Positions 61,870 to 64,000 of a stretch of DNA of 64,000 bases are shown in pieces. The position numbers and the translations under genes are program-made. This DNA is from Selaginella moellendorffii (Eukaryota; Plantae; Lycopodiophyta). Position 1 is the stretch's first letter. Each line of letters begins with the position of its first letter. The stretch is from contig NW_003314302.1 of NCBI RefSeq assembly GCF_000143415.4, positions 1,529,208 through 1,593,207 of the forward strand. The letters run 5' to 3'. The notes under the pieces were generated by a model. The model saw nothing but the letters and a program-made list of their open reading frames with translations, searched no databases and was not told the DNA's origin.

Positions 61870-64000
61870 GTCCAAAGTGTGTCAAAATCATGCAAAGCCG
61901 AAGATGATTTATACCCAATCAACTCAGGCATTCTAGGACAATGTCCAAGCTTGCTACAAGTAGCAGGACCGGGAAGCTGCCATACAAGCACTGCAATATA
62001 GGGTTCAAGGATCCATAGAAGTCAGGAAACTGGAGAAATTGAATGGTAAAAACCTTTGCCCTTTTAAATTATGCACATCAAGTGTAGTATCGACCACCAA
62101 AGATTGCAAATATATTCTATCATAGTGTCCAGCAGTAATTTTTCTCTGCATCTCAACTCAGGCAGAACCAGCATTCTAGAGGAAATAGTTGATCAAAAGC
62201 AAAGAAATAGCACTTGGTAAATTGCTACATCTTCCTTTTCTTTCCTGTACTCCACGATAAACAGGCAGAACTGGGCCTTGAGGGTCTCTTTATGTTGCTT
62301 ATTGAGGTTGGGATCTACTAGTACGTTTCGGTTATGTGTTCGGAACTTAACATCAAGTTCATTTGCTTCATCCTCGTAATCACTTTGAGAAACAGTTCAA
62401 AACTACAATCAAAATATGTTATTTAATGCACAACCGAGCTCCTGACCTCCTTGCTAGGCTCCTCATCCTGGGCCTACATAATCAATGTGAAAACAATCAC
62501 TAGTATAGAAACAATGAAAATGAAGCAAAGTTGCTTATCAGAACATATTTCTCGTTGTATTAGTGGCCAAATCATTCTCTTGAAGGCGCTTCACAGCTTG
62601 CAGCATCTCTTTTGCTTCGAAACGCCCTGGACAGGTGAGTGTAATCCTGCTGTGATGGTGCAGAGATGCATTGGAACATGTCAACAAGCACGAGGTGATA
62701 CGGTCTTATATGCGTAGATCCTGAGGCTTCTTACAATTGCACAGTGTTGTACAAAAGATCAGCAGCGTTTCTTTTTTCATGAGACCTCCATAAAATTTGT
62801 TCTCTGAGCCCAAGCAATTCTCAATGGATCCCTCCGTTTTGATAGGGCTAGATCTTTTAATTTCTGGTTTCATTCGTAGAGAACCTAGATGATCCAGTAC
62901 GCTCTCTTTGACTTGATGTCTCTTTCTCTACAGTGAAGTTTTCGTCTTTCGTGATTGCAAGTTTAAAGTTCCCATTCTTTCTAAAGTGCCTAATCTTCGT
63001 TTAGGAAAGCCTTTGTCAAGAAACTAGGCTGGGGAACGCGATCAAAATCGCCACAAAGTTTCCTTTGGACTAAGTTGGATTTGCTGGCTTACAAACAGAT
63101 CACTACGAGCTCATCATGTTTCTAAGAAATCACTCTAGAAATTCTACGGGTTTCCAATCGAGGCAAGATTGCAATTCATTTTCAAATGTCGTGTCTAGAA
63201 AGTTACCGCTAGAAATCACTTCTTTGGTTTTAACACCTCTAGATGAGATTTACAGTTTGGAAATCCTTTTGCTTGTGAGACCAAGCAGCTCCATCACCTC
63301 TCTCAGAATCGTCGAGTTTTCTTCTTCATCGCCCACCTCATGGTTTGCCTTCCACAAAGGGCGAAGAAAGCTCCTCCTCCTCTCGCATGAACTCCTCATC
63401 CACGGAACTCGTCTTTCCAAGAAACGCGCTCCCAGCCTTCCTCATCATCATTAGCTACTCGCGACTCCACTTCGCCAAAGAGCTTGTAGAGCAGCTCTTC
63501 CTCTTGCAAATACCAGGCTCTCTCTTTGCACGATTCCATGTGAAGTCCGTCTTATTCATCCACAGGTGATCACCAAGCATCTCTACACCACACCCAAGCG
63601 CCATAGATCTTCTCTCGAAAGTCTAGTTAGCCCTTAAACTAGTCTCGTTATATACTGCTAAGGCACCTTGATAATATTCTTTCTACCTTCTCCTTTACAA
63701 ATATACTTGTGTTTAGTATAAGGTTTTTTTAGCGATGCCAAGAAACTGACCTTATATCTAAAATCAATCAAAGAGGTACTACTGGCAATTCTTTGATCAA
63801 CTTCGCTGGCCTTTTGGCTTGGACCTTTAATGAACCTTACAAACTTATATACCTGGATGTCTGGAAAGGTGCTCAGCAGACTTCTGTCCAGCAGCGAGTC
63901 ACACTGTGAGAAGTTCCTGGCTCCAGTACCAAGGGCTGGATCTCCATAGCCCGGTAGCAATTGGAGCTGAGACTATGTCACTAAGTTGTCCCTCAGCTTC
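61870..64000. repeat. Segmental repeat unit C (runs off the window)
   Basis: Same blocks with internal deletions; 63750-64000 matches 55630-55900. Confidence 0.9.

Overview
Compact, intron-containing land-plant nuclear DNA. The 50-65 nt introns, many PLS-class PPR genes and GC-rich genes alternating with decayed AT-rich islands suggest a lycophyte such as Selaginella (inference). Gene content in order: two tandem CYP78-type P450s, tRNA-Phe(GAA), a divergent Toc75/Omp85 paralogue, a broken S28 carboxypeptidase, a 12-Cys secreted peptide, a P-class PPR, a copia relic, an R2R3-MYB (subgroup 21), DUS1-like dihydrouridine synthase, GPI-type nsLTP, BAHD acyltransferase, TAG lipase, three PLS-PPRs (one DYW), a Gly/Lys-repeat protein, a B3 factor whose stop codon interlocks with a desiccation-related protein, a third CYP78, a CYP78 pseudogene inside a triplicated block, and a gypsy relic. 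The most striking structure is at least four inversions that cut coding sequences into opposite-strand halves (S28 gene about 7.2 kb, copia gag, copia integrase, B3 relic). The three resolvable ones have breakpoints at short palindromes. Other highlights are a Toc75 paralogue lacking the VRGY motif and a candidate CYP78/BAHD/lipase/LTPG/MYB lipid-signal neighbourhood. Exon models were built by eye.
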